This document shows, in pieces, positions 1 through 10,092 of a stretch of 64,000 bases of DNA. The position numbers and the translations under genes were made by a program. Position 1 is the first letter of the stretch, and each line of letters starts with the position of its first letter. Under the pieces are notes generated by a model that saw only the letters and a list, made by a program, of their open reading frames with translations, searched no databases and was not told the DNA's origin. Source of the stretch: an uncultured Fretibacterium sp. (GTDB lineage: Bacteria; Synergistota; Synergistia; Synergistales; Aminobacteriaceae). The stretch lies in contig CAUUWA010000003.1 of NCBI GenBank assembly GCA_963548695.1, forward strand, positions 5,982 through 69,981. Direction: 5' to 3'.

Positions 1-72
1 ACCTCCTTCGTCCCCATCAACATCCCTCCGGCGTTCGTCTACGAGTGCCGGGGAGACATCCGGAAAAAATGA
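1..72 (+). CDS. 3' end of an unidentified CDS entering the window
   Basis: Frame 1 is open from the window edge (TSFVPINIPPAFVYECRGDIRKK*), with GC-rich third positions, and ends inside a terminator hairpin. Confidence 0.45.
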   Translation, partial: TSFVPINIPPAFVYECRGDIRKK

Positions 73-99
73 GAGGGGGGAGACCCCCTCTCATTTTTT
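64..99. terminator. Bidirectional intrinsic terminator
   Basis: AAAAAATGAGAGGGGG-GAGA-CCCCCTCTCATTTTTT perfect stem between convergent ORFs. Confidence 0.8.
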
Positions 100-141
100 C
101 TTTTCCTCTCCCAATTCTTTTTCCCCGTTCTGCGGCGCTCG

Positions 142-1770
142 TCATTTCTCGATGACGATACGGCCGTCCGTCCTCATGCTCACCCTTCCGTCGGGGAAGA
201 AACGCAGGTAGTCCACCATAGCATCCACGTCCCGGACCTCCGTCGATTCCCTCCGGGCCTCCTCGAACACGAAGTAACGGTCGCCCCCGCCCGCAGTCCA
301 GCTGTTGACCGCCACGGTGTACTCTTCCTTATCGTCGACCTCACGCCACTCCCCGTCCTTCAGCACGGAGATCTGTTTCAGGCGGTTACCCCAGGATAAA
401 AGCCTGCCCTCCGCGTCGAAGGACGCGGCCTTCTCCTTGAGGTCGTAGACGACCTTCAGCCCGGAGATCTGGAGGAACCCTCCGTCCGGGACGCGAAACG
501 CGGGGTCGAAATGCTCGCCCTCGGCAACCAGGGCGGAGGCGGAGAGCTCCATGATCTGCCGAAGCTGTTTTCCCGTCACCGTGATGACGTCGATGGTGTT
601 GCCGAACGGCAGGATCTCCATCAGGTTCTTCTCCGAGACCTCCCCGGCGGGGAAGATCCGGTCCCCCCTCAGGGATCCGCCGTTGGCGAGCCCCACATCC
701 GTCTTGAACCTCCACCGAAGCCCATCCGCCACGAAGTCCCCCAGAGGCATCTCCCGAATCCGCAGCGCCCTCTTGTGGGCGTCGACGGGGGTCTCGAAGA
801 AGCCCACCGCCCGCTCCAGGCTGCTGTTTAACTTGCCCTCGTACTCCGCAGCAATCCTCATGACCTCTGGGTTCGGGGGCGTCTTCGGAGAAATGTTCAA
901 AAGGCGCCAGGACGTCTGCTCCCACAGCAACCTGCCCTTTTCGGTCGTCAGGACGAGTTTGCCCAGGAACTTTCCCCTGGAGCCGCTCCAGGCCAGGGCA
1001 GTCATCCAATTATCGGGACCCTGGACAAGCTGCAGCTGCACCTCCTCCTTCTCGGAGACCCCGCGGCCGACGATCGCGTGGATCCCCGAGACCGACTCCG
1101 CCAAGCGCTTGTTCTCGCCCTCGCTGAGGTTGCTGAGCATCACGACGACATCCGCGCCCTGGGACCGCAGGTCGGCGATCATCTCCCGGGCTATGCCCTC
1201 CGTATCGGTCAGGACGATCAGCTCGTCCGTCTTCTTCGTCACGGAGAAGAGCCAGGTCGAGAGCATCGCGAAGAAGCCGACCTTCAGGTCCCCCGCCGGG
1301 ACGATGACGTTCCGCACAAATTTGCGCGCCACCTCGGGATCGGATATCGACACGTTCGAGAGGACCATGGGGAAGGACGCATGATCCAGGGCCTGCTTCA
1401 GATGATCCCAGCCGTAATCGAATTCGCGTTTGCCGATCATCCCCACCTGGACCCCGGCGGCCGAGAGGGCCGAGAACTCCGGGACCCCGCCGAAATAACG
1501 CCACATCGGCCCCTCGACGGCCTCCCCGGTCTGGACGAAGATGGCGTTCGGGTCATCCTGGGACCGTTCCTGTTCCACGAGCCCTGCGGCATGGGACAGC
1601 CCTCCGATGCGCACCGACGTCTTGTTCACCTTCTCCGAGATCGGCAGAAGCTGGCTCTTCAGATGATTGATGGAGAGGATCGTCACCCTCCCATCCCTTC
1701 CGGGGGCCGGGGAGACGAACGTCAGAAAGATGCCGCAGATTACGCCCATTCCCAACAGCCATTTTTTCAT
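142..1770 (-). CDS. Secreted 5'-nucleotidase/metallophosphoesterase-like protein with degenerate metal-binding motifs
   Basis: Signal peptide MKKWLLGMGV...; 5'-nucleotidase C-domain motifs NGGSLRGD, ILPFGNTI, GGFLQISGL; ATG overlaps the stop of the upstream gene (ATGA at 1767-1770). Confidence 0.85.
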   Translation of the reverse strand: MKKWLLGMGVICGIFLTFVSPAPGRDGRVTILSINHLKSQLLPISEKVNKTSVRIGGLSHAAGLVEQERSQDDPNAIFVQTGEAVEGPMWRYFGGVPEFSALSAAGVQVGMIGKREFDYGWDHLKQALDHASFPMVLSNVSISDPEVARKFVRNVIVPAGDLKVGFFAMLSTWLFSVTKKTDELIVLTDTEGIAREMIADLRSQGADVVVMLSNLSEGENKRLAESVSGIHAIVGRGVSEKEEVQLQLVQGPDNWMTALAWSGSRGKFLGKLVLTTEKGRLLWEQTSWRLLNISPKTPPNPEVMRIAAEYEGKLNSSLERAVGFFETPVDAHKRALRIREMPLGDFVADGLRWRFKTDVGLANGGSLRGDRIFPAGEVSEKNLMEILPFGNTIDVITVTGKQLRQIMELSASALVAEGEHFDPAFRVPDGGFLQISGLKVVYDLKEKAASFDAEGRLLSWGNRLKQISVLKDGEWREVDDKEEYTVAVNSWTAGGGDRYFVFEEARRESTEVRDVDAMVDYLRFFPDGRVSMRTDGRIVIEK

Positions 1771-4457
1771 TTTGCTCTTTCCCTCCGAATCAACTTTTCC
1801 GCGTCGGCCCAGGACAGCGGTTGGGAGAAATAGAAGCCCTGCGCCTTTCCACACCCCGCCTCGGCGAGCCAGGACAATTGCTCTTCCGTCTCGACGCCCT
1901 CGGCGACCGTATCCAGGTTCAGCGCGTTCGCCATGTCGATGATGGTGTGCAGCATCCTGGCCTCCTTTTCGGAGTCGAAGACATGGCGGACAAAGGCGAT
2001 ATCCAGCTTGATGCAGTCGAGCGGCAGGGAATGGATGTACTGTAACGACGAGTAGCCCGTCCCGAAGTCGTCGAGGAAGATCCGGACCCCCATCTCCCGA
2101 AGCCTGTCGAGCGTCGCACTGACCCCCTTCAGGTTGTCGATAAGGACGCTCTCGGTCACCTCGACCACGAAACAGGAGGGGTCGATGGCCGCCTCATTCA
2201 GGGAGTCCTGGATGAGGGCCGCCGCATCGGGGCTCTGCATCAGGTTGGACGACCCGTTGGCCGAGAAGTAAAAGGTGTTCGAGGATTTGCGTATGGCCTC
2301 CATGGCGCGGCGCATCATGCAGCGGTCGATCTCGCCGACCAGCCCAATGCGCTCGGCGTAGGGGATGAAACGCGAGGGCGGCAGGAATCCCTTTTGAGGG
2401 TGCATCCAGCGCACCAGCGTCTCGAACCCACTGAGCCTCCGATCCTCGATGGAATAGACGGGCTGGAAGTAGGAGAGGAACTCGTCGTTATCAAGAGCCG
2501 AGCGGAGCTCGGCCCTCATGTTGAGAATGGAGCCGGAGAAGGGGACCTCCTCCTGTTCGTCGCGCCCCTCGAAGAAGATCACAGCCCCCAGCCCGACCTT
2601 CTTCGCGTTCTTCAGCGCGCTCATCGCCTTTTCGATGATGACCGAGGGGGAGTTCCAGGCGGAGATATCCAAAAGGGCCCCGATGCTCGCGCTGGGATGG
2701 ACCACATCCTCCCCCACCTCGCAGGGAAGGTTGACCGCATCCCGCGCCCCCTCCAGCAGGGCAAGCAAGGGCGCCCTGTCCTGGACATCGCCCTGCATCT
2801 CGATCAGGAGGGCGAACTCGTCGCCGCCCGTCCGATAGATCGCGCCCCTGCCGTCCAAGGCAGCCTTGAGCCGCTCGGAGACCATCACCAAGATCCTGTC
2901 CCCGTTGACGTCCCCCACCTCGGCGTTGATGGTCTTGAAATGGTCCATGTTGATGAGCGCCAAGGCCGTCCGGCGGGCGGCGCCCGAACCGGACTCCGTC
3001 TTCTTCAGGACAGTACCTATGGCCTCGACCAGCGACGTCCGGTTGGGGAGCCCCGTAAGGTCGTCGTAATAGAGCTTCCAGGCGAGCCGCGTCTCAAGGC
3101 GCTTGCGGTCCGTCAAGTCCCGCGCCAGGAAGAGGATCACCTTGCGCTTCCCGAAGGTGATGGAGCGCTGATGAATCTCGACGGGGATCTCCACGCCGCC
3201 CAGGGAGCAAAGGAAGGCCTCGTAGACATCCTGCTCCTTCTCCAAGCGGGCGGAACCCTCTCCCTCGTCACTCCGGATCAGGGCCTCTATCGGCATCCCC
3301 CTGCCGTTTTTGGGCGCCCCCCCCAGGCCAAGGACCCGTCGGGCCTGGAGGTTCGCCAGGATGACCTCTCCCTCCGGGGTGCAGAGGATCATGGCGTCCG
3401 GGATGTTCATCACAATGCGCTCCAGCGTCCCGAAGACGACGTTGAAGGACCGGGAAAGGTCCGAGATCTCGTCGTCCCAGGTCACGGGGACGCGAAGGGA
3501 CAGGCTGAGCTCCTCGGTGATCGTGTCCGCAACCTCCCGCAGCTTCTCGAGGCGATTGAGGACCAAGCGGGACAAAAGCTCCATCACGACCACCACCAGG
3601 ACGATGCCGTTGAGGAAGATCCAGAGGTAGGAATTGTAAACCGCTTTTTTACCCTCGTTGTAGATGTTACGGGAGGTGCGGATCATCAGGGCATACGGGG
3701 TATCCACACCAATGACCGCGCCGCGCGACTGCCACACCAGGGCCTGCCCCTCCGCCGACTCCTCGACGGCAACGCTTTTGCTCCAGCGGTCCGGGTACCG
3801 CTGGGAAGGGACGGGGAGAAATTCGCAGGGGTTCCCGAGCGTCTCCGAGATCTGCTTCAGCCGCTTCGCAAAGTCCACCCCGACGATGATCACGCCCCTT
3901 GCGGGGCCGCTCCAGTTCGTCATCAGGATAGGGTTGCTCCCAAAAAGATAGATGCTACCATCCAGTTCCATAAAATGGGGAGAGAGCGACTGCCCTTCGG
4001 AGTCGGAATCGGGCGCCCCCGGTTCCATCGCCAAAAACTGCGACCCAACCGTCTTGAGCCGCTTCAGTACCTCATTGCTCAGGGGGATCTCTCCGCCGAG
4101 CTCGTTGATCATGTACCCCACCACGGCGTTCATGTCCCTGTCGAGCACCGCCAGGAAATCGATGTCCAAGGCCCGAAGGCTCGTCCCGGTCAACAGCTCC
4201 TCGAAGCGCAGGGTATCCCGCGTCTCCATGAAGGAGTACATGGCGTCCCACGCGCCCCAGTCGGCGACGTAGTCGGTCAGGCGGTTGACCTCGTCGTCGA
4301 TGTACTTCTGCAGGAGAAACATGTTCTGCTCGAAAAAACGACGCTCCATACCCTCGAACGCCTTGACAGTATTGTGGGTTGTGGTCACACTCATTATCAG
4401 GGAGAGCCCCAGGAGAATCCCCACGATGGCACGGAAGACTTTTTTCTGCAGTTTCAT
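1767..4457 (-). CDS. Membrane-bound CHASE4-HAMP-PAS-GGDEF-EAL c-di-GMP cyclase/phosphodiesterase
   Basis: Two TM segments, CHASE4-like DWGAWDAMYSF, HAMP DEISDLSRSFN, DDLTGLPNR, GGDEF, ETLVRW, DDFGTGYSS, AEGVET. Confidence 0.9.
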   Translation of the reverse strand: MKLQKKVFRAIVGILLGLSLIMSVTTTHNTVKAFEGMERRFFEQNMFLLQKYIDDEVNRLTDYVADWGAWDAMYSFMETRDTLRFEELLTGTSLRALDIDFLAVLDRDMNAVVGYMINELGGEIPLSNEVLKRLKTVGSQFLAMEPGAPDSDSEGQSLSPHFMELDGSIYLFGSNPILMTNWSGPARGVIIVGVDFAKRLKQISETLGNPCEFLPVPSQRYPDRWSKSVAVEESAEGQALVWQSRGAVIGVDTPYALMIRTSRNIYNEGKKAVYNSYLWIFLNGIVLVVVVMELLSRLVLNRLEKLREVADTITEELSLSLRVPVTWDDEISDLSRSFNVVFGTLERIVMNIPDAMILCTPEGEVILANLQARRVLGLGGAPKNGRGMPIEALIRSDEGEGSARLEKEQDVYEAFLCSLGGVEIPVEIHQRSITFGKRKVILFLARDLTDRKRLETRLAWKLYYDDLTGLPNRTSLVEAIGTVLKKTESGSGAARRTALALINMDHFKTINAEVGDVNGDRILVMVSERLKAALDGRGAIYRTGGDEFALLIEMQGDVQDRAPLLALLEGARDAVNLPCEVGEDVVHPSASIGALLDISAWNSPSVIIEKAMSALKNAKKVGLGAVIFFEGRDEQEEVPFSGSILNMRAELRSALDNDEFLSYFQPVYSIEDRRLSGFETLVRWMHPQKGFLPPSRFIPYAERIGLVGEIDRCMMRRAMEAIRKSSNTFYFSANGSSNLMQSPDAAALIQDSLNEAAIDPSCFVVEVTESVLIDNLKGVSATLDRLREMGVRIFLDDFGTGYSSLQYIHSLPLDCIKLDIAFVRHVFDSEKEARMLHTIIDMANALNLDTVAEGVETEEQLSWLAEAGCGKAQGFYFSQPLSWADAEKLIRRERAK

Positions 4458-4751
4458 GATGCGTTTCCTCGTTCCATGCCGTCCTCCCGATGACATTAAG
4501 CGCACTTACCCGTTCCCGGCCGGGGAAAGCCGCGGGGCGAACGGGACCTATCCAAAATGACCAAACCCCTTGGGCCGAACGGCCCAAAGTTTATCCCAGT
4601 ATAACATCAAATGAGGAGAAATACGCAAATTATATATCCCCCGGACACAGTATACCGAAAGCCTGCCTTTAGAGCCAGAATCAAGCCCTGGCGGCGGCTT
4701 TCATACAACTGGGCTCCCCTCACACCGAGCAGAAGAAAGCATATCCGATAC

Positions 4752-5678
4752 TCATCCAATTTCCACAGCAACATCGGTGCCATCCGGCTCCATCAATCGC
4801 AGGAACGCCCAAGCTGTATAACCAATCTCCTTGTTGGGAGGATAAAGGAGCCAAACGTGGCGCTTAAGTTCCTCCAGACCTCTAAGGGCCAAGACCTTAA
4901 TTCCAGCCGGACGGCACCGATTGCTCAGGGCTATATCCCCGACGATGGACACCCCCATGCCGTTGGCCACCATCAATTTGATCATATCGGTACTGCCTGC
5001 TTCAATGATATCTCTCGGGGCAACTCTGTTCAGAAGGAAGTATTGTTCTACATAAGAGCGCAGAGAGGGGGCCTGTGCGTGCATCAAGAACACCTCATCG
5101 GAAAGATCTTGGGGTGAGACCAAAGAACGGCGTGCCCATAAATGCCAGGTGGGGAGGATCAAGGAAAAACCGCTCAATCCCCCCATCAAGGTTCTGGCAG
5201 GAAAACCCGTATCACGAGTTCCCTCAAAAATTTCATCGACAGCGATAAAGTCAAACTCGTTGGCCAGCAACTCCTGCTTCAACGCTATTTCACTTCCTAT
5301 TCTTACCTTTATGCGTATCCCCGGAAAAACACGACTAAATTTCTCCAAATGTCTCGAGAGGACCATACCTGCATTTTCAGTCGTTCCAACAACCAGTTTG
5401 CCGTCTCCATATTGTAAATTTTTCAAGGCACGCAGGCGCTTGGGAATTTCCTCCATCGACGAGACGATACCCCCTGTCCACTCGTACAATGCTTTACCCT
5501 CGGGGGTAAATTGAATGCTCCGGCCCTTTCGGACAAACAGTTTCACCCGATAAAGCTCTTCCAGAACCGACATCTGCTGACTGACGGCAGACTGCGTCAG
5601 ATGGAGGAGTTCCGCAGCCTTGTTAACGGACATGTTGTCATAGACGGCACGAAATGTTTTCAACCTTTCGTAAAGCAT
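4752..5678 (-). CDS. LysR family transcriptional regulator
   Basis: N-terminal HTH AAELLHLTQSAVSQQM...LFVRKGR...TPEG; 308 aa; divergent from a catabolic operon. Confidence 0.93.
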   Translation of the reverse strand: MLYERLKTFRAVYDNMSVNKAAELLHLTQSAVSQQMSVLEELYRVKLFVRKGRSIQFTPEGKALYEWTGGIVSSMEEIPKRLRALKNLQYGDGKLVVGTTENAGMVLSRHLEKFSRVFPGIRIKVRIGSEIALKQELLANEFDFIAVDEIFEGTRDTGFPARTLMGGLSGFSLILPTWHLWARRSLVSPQDLSDEVFLMHAQAPSLRSYVEQYFLLNRVAPRDIIEAGSTDMIKLMVANGMGVSIVGDIALSNRCRPAGIKVLALRGLEELKRHVWLLYPPNKEIGYTAWAFLRLMEPDGTDVAVEIG

Positions 5679-5892
5679 CGCATCCTCCCCTTAACGAATG
5701 CCAAATAAAGATAGCGGGATGACAGGCTCTCAAATACATAAGTTATTTTTCAAAAAACGACCAAAATATTTTATTTGCATTAATATATCTTTTCCCTTAT
5801 TATAGGCCCACAGGTAAAAGTGTAATTTTGCCATAAATTCCAATTCTTAATTATCGCCCTGTATAAAGCAATTCGCCTTTCACTAGGGGGGA

Positions 5893-7089
5893 TTGGCGAT
5901 GGTAAATCCAGAACATTACAATACACTGTTCTCCTTGGCTCAGGATCTGATTCGAATTCCCAGCCCTCCGGGGCAAGAACGCGATGTGGCCGAATACCTC
6001 CAGCGAACCATGGGCGAGATGGGATTCACGGAAGTACAAAGCGATAAGTATGGAAACGTCATAGGAAGGATCTCTTTTTCAAATGACGGGCCGGTCCTTC
6101 TTTTCGAGGGACATATGGACCACGTTCGTGTGCCGCACCCGGAATATTGGATTCACTATCCCTATGGGGGAGAGATGTTCAGAGGGTGCCTTTGGGGAAG
6201 GGGAACTACCGACAATAAAGGAGCCCTCGCTGCAATGATCAGCGCGGCCTCGTTCCTCTCGCGATCCAGAACTCACGGCCTGAGAGGGAGTCTTTATGTG
6301 GGAGCCTCCGTCCTGCAGGAGCCCCTGGAAAGCGTCGCTGCCTCAGGTATTGCCGAGTTATGCCATCCCGATTTTGTCGTCGTGGGGGAGGCATCGGGCA
6401 ATGCCGTCATGCGAGGGCAGCGGGGCAGGGCGGAAATCGTTTTGGAGACGAAAGGACAGTCCGTCCACTGCGCTTTTCCCCATGAAGGCATCAATGCGAT
6501 ACGCAAAATGCTGCGTGTCGCCTCCTTAATCGAGAAGGAGCTCTTCCTCCCGGAGGAGCCGGTCTTGGGCAAGGGCAGCATGGAGCTGACCTCCATCGAG
6601 TCCTCACCGCAACAAGATTTCAACATCGTCCCCAATTTCTGTACCGCTTATTTCGATAGGCGTTTACTGCTCAGTGAAACGCGGGACGGAGTGCTGGCCG
6701 ACATCCAGGAGATCCTCGAAGAAGAGGCTCTACGGGACGATGCTTTTCGAGCAAGTGTTCGTTACAGCACGAAGGAACAATTATGTTATACGGGAAAATT
6801 GCTGCGCTCCGAGGTATTTTACCCTGCATGGCTCTTGGAGGAAAATCATCCCTTCGTTCGAAGGGTATGTGACGGACTGCACTCCATGGGGCTGCCCTGC
6901 ACGCTGGATATTTATCCCTATTCTACCAACGCCAGTTATTATGCTGGAGTTGCGGGTATCCCGACCGTAGGTTTCGGTCCCGCACAAATGTCCATATTGC
7001 ATTTGGACGACGAGTATATTGAGCTCGATGACCTCGTTCGTATCTGTAACGGCTATGTGGGGATCGCACATTCCGTGCTTGCCACCTGA
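5893..7089 (+). CDS. M20 family metallohydrolase (YgeY/ArgE-like)
   Basis: IPSPPGQE, GHMDHV, GRGTTDNKG, GQRGR, HLDDEYI motifs; start may be the ATG at 5899. Confidence 0.85.
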   Translation: MAMVNPEHYNTLFSLAQDLIRIPSPPGQERDVAEYLQRTMGEMGFTEVQSDKYGNVIGRISFSNDGPVLLFEGHMDHVRVPHPEYWIHYPYGGEMFRGCLWGRGTTDNKGALAAMISAASFLSRSRTHGLRGSLYVGASVLQEPLESVAASGIAELCHPDFVVVGEASGNAVMRGQRGRAEIVLETKGQSVHCAFPHEGINAIRKMLRVASLIEKELFLPEEPVLGKGSMELTSIESSPQQDFNIVPNFCTAYFDRRLLLSETRDGVLADIQEILEEEALRDDAFRASVRYSTKEQLCYTGKLLRSEVFYPAWLLEENHPFVRRVCDGLHSMGLPCTLDIYPYSTNASYYAGVAGIPTVGFGPAQMSILHLDDEYIELDDLVRICNGYVGIAHSVLAT

Positions 7090-7222
7090 TGTTCGTTATC
7101 TGTCAGAAACAAACGAAGTGCGGCATTCTCGCTGTCAGAGCAGGGCATTTATCAAAATCATCCCCATTATCACGGCATGATTGGAACAATAGGTTTATCA
7201 CATGCTTTAAGGAGGGTTTTTT

Positions 7223-8722
7223 ATGAGAGAAAAGAAATTGGGCTACTCTTCTCAAATGGCTTTGGTGGTCTCCCTGATTGCAGGTTCCGTCGGCACAGGA
7301 AATATCTGGCGATTTCCACGAGTCGTCGCGATGAATGGCGGAGGAGCCTTTATTCTCGCATGGTTGGTCATGCTCTTTCTGGTATGCGTACCCATTATGA
7401 TCGGAGAACATGTTATCGGCAGGGCCGCCCGGCATGGAACGCCCGGGGCATTCAGAGACTTCATAGGCAAACGCTACACATGGCTTGGAACCGTCGTCGC
7501 CGTAACTATGGCTGGCGTAGCCGCTTATTATTCTTCCGTAATTGCCTGGGTGTTCTATTATTTAGGATTGTCGTTGACCAAAGGATATTATGGGGTCGAT
7601 AAACTATCGTTGTTCCACTCCGTTTCCAACGGCAACATCGTCACGGTAATCCTGTTCGTTATTGTTCTGCTCATCTCAGCTTGGATTGCCTATAAAGGGG
7701 TATCCGGAATTGAAAAGGCCAATAAGCTATTTATACCGGTTCTGTTTGGCTGTCTTGTTGCATCCGCAATTCACAGCGCTTTCTTGCCCGGGGCGGTCAA
7801 AGGGATGAATTATTTGTTTTCATTCGAAGCGCGGGAGCTGCTCAATTACAAAATCTGGCTTGAAGCATTGACTCAAGCCGTCTGGTCTGCCGGTCCAGGC
7901 TGGGGGTTATGCATCACTCTTGCCGTATTTTCAAAGGCCAACTCAGATGTAGCTTTAACCTCGACGATACAAGGCCTGGGGGATGCCTCCGCATCCGTTA
8001 TCGCCGGATTGGCCGTAATCCCGGCAGTTTTCGCTCTGAGTCCCAGTACAACGGAAGCACTGAAAATTTGTGGTGCGGGGAACAACGGGTTGACATTCAT
8101 CTCCATGACATCTCTTTTCGAGCAGATGCCGGGAGGTTATATCGTCTCCATTCTATTCTTCATCAGCCTTCTTTTTGCAGCTTTGTCCTCCAATGTCTGT
8201 CATTTCATGATCGTATCGCTTCCATTCGTAGATTCCGGGATCAGTAAAAAACGGGCTGTGACCCTTCTATTCTTCATTCTGCTTATTCTAGGGCTTCCGT
8301 CAGCTTGGAACTCCAATTTTTTAACCAACCAAGATTGGGTCTACGGTCAAATGATGCTGATTGGGGCTCTTTTTTCATGCTTCGCCCTGGCCAAATTTGG
8401 AGTACGGAAGATTCGCACGCTCTTTTTAAACACGCCCTATACGGGAATGCACGTAAGCATCATCTGGGAACTTTCCGTCAAATTTATCGCTCCACTTATC
8501 GTGCTCATCATGTTCTCCTGGTGGAGCGTCCAATCCATAGGCTGGGTCAAGGACTGGTGGAATCCCTTGGCCGTAGATAGTTTAGGGACATTCATCGCCC
8601 AGGGCTTCTGTATTTTGATCGTCTGCAAGCTGCTCAACAACAAGGTCGCCGATTCCGTAAAAGAAAAATATTTTAATGGAGAAACTTTCCCCGAGATACC
8701 CGACAACGAATTCAGCGCATGA
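7223..8722 (+). CDS. Sodium-dependent NSS (SNF/LeuT-like) amino acid transporter
   Basis: GSVGTGNIWRFP and NGGGAF signatures, multiple TM helices; RBS AAGGAGG. Confidence 0.92.
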   Translation: MREKKLGYSSQMALVVSLIAGSVGTGNIWRFPRVVAMNGGGAFILAWLVMLFLVCVPIMIGEHVIGRAARHGTPGAFRDFIGKRYTWLGTVVAVTMAGVAAYYSSVIAWVFYYLGLSLTKGYYGVDKLSLFHSVSNGNIVTVILFVIVLLISAWIAYKGVSGIEKANKLFIPVLFGCLVASAIHSAFLPGAVKGMNYLFSFEARELLNYKIWLEALTQAVWSAGPGWGLCITLAVFSKANSDVALTSTIQGLGDASASVIAGLAVIPAVFALSPSTTEALKICGAGNNGLTFISMTSLFEQMPGGYIVSILFFISLLFAALSSNVCHFMIVSLPFVDSGISKKRAVTLLFFILLILGLPSAWNSNFLTNQDWVYGQMMLIGALFSCFALAKFGVRKIRTLFLNTPYTGMHVSIIWELSVKFIAPLIVLIMFSWWSVQSIGWVKDWWNPLAVDSLGTFIAQGFCILIVCKLLNNKVADSVKEKYFNGETFPEIPDNEFSA

Positions 8723-8765
8723 TCCCGGCGCGGCTCAGTTTTGTACGGAAAGGAGAACGATCGTG

Positions 8766-8876
8766 ATGACTCACGAAGCTATCGTCATGATGTCGCTGTG
8801 TTTTTTGCTCGTTTTTGGTGGTTTCATTGCCCTGTCCATTCGTCTGCATCGAGTATCCAAAAACAGTGAAAATTAA
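8766..8876 (+). CDS. MetS-like NSS transporter small subunit (36 aa)
   Basis: RBS AAGGAG; MTHEAIVMMSLCFLLVFGGFIALSIRL single TM helix directly after an NSS gene, as in the MetS family. Confidence 0.75.
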   Translation: MTHEAIVMMSLCFLLVFGGFIALSIRLHRVSKNSEN

Positions 8877-8911
8877 TGACTTCAGGCTAACTTGAAAGGG
8901 GATACAACTCA

Positions 8912-10075
8912 ATGGAGCTGCTGGATTTTTCCAAGGATGAAATTCAAAAACGGATTGATTTATGTCGCGAGCGAATGAAGGAGTCCGGTTTCTCCGGGAT
9001 GCTTCTCTCTGCCGAGAGCAACTTGAATTATTACGCCGATTACAAAACTCACGCTCCTTGGACCACCTTTACGCGGCCCAGCTTTCTCTTTATGCCGGAA
9101 AACGGAAGTCCTTTGCTTTACGTTCAAACTTTCGTTGAACCCGAAGCCCGGACAGCTGCGAAATGCTGCCAAGTAAAAGGTTTCCAGAGCCTGCTTGGTC
9201 CTACGGCAAAGGATCTGCACTCCATTATGGAAGAGCTCGGGATGGAGAACGGAAATATCGGAATAGAATCGGGCTTCGAACAAAGGATAGGATTCCAGCT
9301 GAACCTCTACGAAAGCCTCAAAGATCTTTTGCCAAACGTGAATTTTTTGGACGCCTCCGCTTTGATCTGGAACCAGCGAATGATCAAATCAGAGGCTGAG
9401 ATAGAATGCCACCGCAGAGCCTGTCAGGCGACCAGTTATACGCACGATCATCTTTTTTCCATGGTGCATGGAGGCATGACGGAAATTGAAATCTCGCGTT
9501 TAGCCCAAAAGCTGATGCTCGATGGAGGCGCCCACTATCCCGGATTCGTTATCATCACTTCCGGAACAGGCAACTATGGCCGAATCAGTAAAACCGCCTC
9601 AAATCGGACACTGGAGGAGGGGGACTTTTTATGGCTGGACCTCGGAGCCCGCTATAACAATTATTGGTCCGACTTTTGCAGGGCAGGTGTCGTAGGGAAG
9701 AGAGAGCCTCATCTCGCTGACCTCCAAAAAAAGATTCACGAGATAACTTTATCGGCGGCCGAGACCATTAAACCGGATGTTCCGGTCGCCGACGTCGCCA
9801 GAGCCTGCAAAAACGCCCTTGAAAAAGCAGGATTCCAGGCATCCTTCGAATGCGGCAGGATGGGACATGGCATGGGTTTAATGAGTACGGAGCCCCCTTC
9901 CATCACTATTTTCGATCAGACGATTCTAAAAGAAGGAATGATTATCAACCTGGAACCGGGTGTAGTCAATGACTCCGGGGTATTTGACGTGGAGGAGAAT
10001 TTCGTAGTCACAAAGACCGGCTGCGAATGCTTGTCCGGAGGAACACGTGCGTTGCATTGGATTCCGTTGAAATGA
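8912..10075 (+). CDS. M24 family (Xaa-Pro peptidase/creatinase-like) hydrolase
   Basis: RMIKSEAEI, DLGA, SDFCR, GHGMG, EPG, VEE metal ligands. Confidence 0.88.
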   Translation: MELLDFSKDEIQKRIDLCRERMKESGFSGMLLSAESNLNYYADYKTHAPWTTFTRPSFLFMPENGSPLLYVQTFVEPEARTAAKCCQVKGFQSLLGPTAKDLHSIMEELGMENGNIGIESGFEQRIGFQLNLYESLKDLLPNVNFLDASALIWNQRMIKSEAEIECHRRACQATSYTHDHLFSMVHGGMTEIEISRLAQKLMLDGGAHYPGFVIITSGTGNYGRISKTASNRTLEEGDFLWLDLGARYNNYWSDFCRAGVVGKREPHLADLQKKIHEITLSAAETIKPDVPVADVARACKNALEKAGFQASFECGRMGHGMGLMSTEPPSITIFDQTILKEGMIINLEPGVVNDSGVFDVEENFVVTKTGCECLSGGTRALHWIPLK

Positions 10076-10092
10076 TGTAGGACCCTTGAGAT

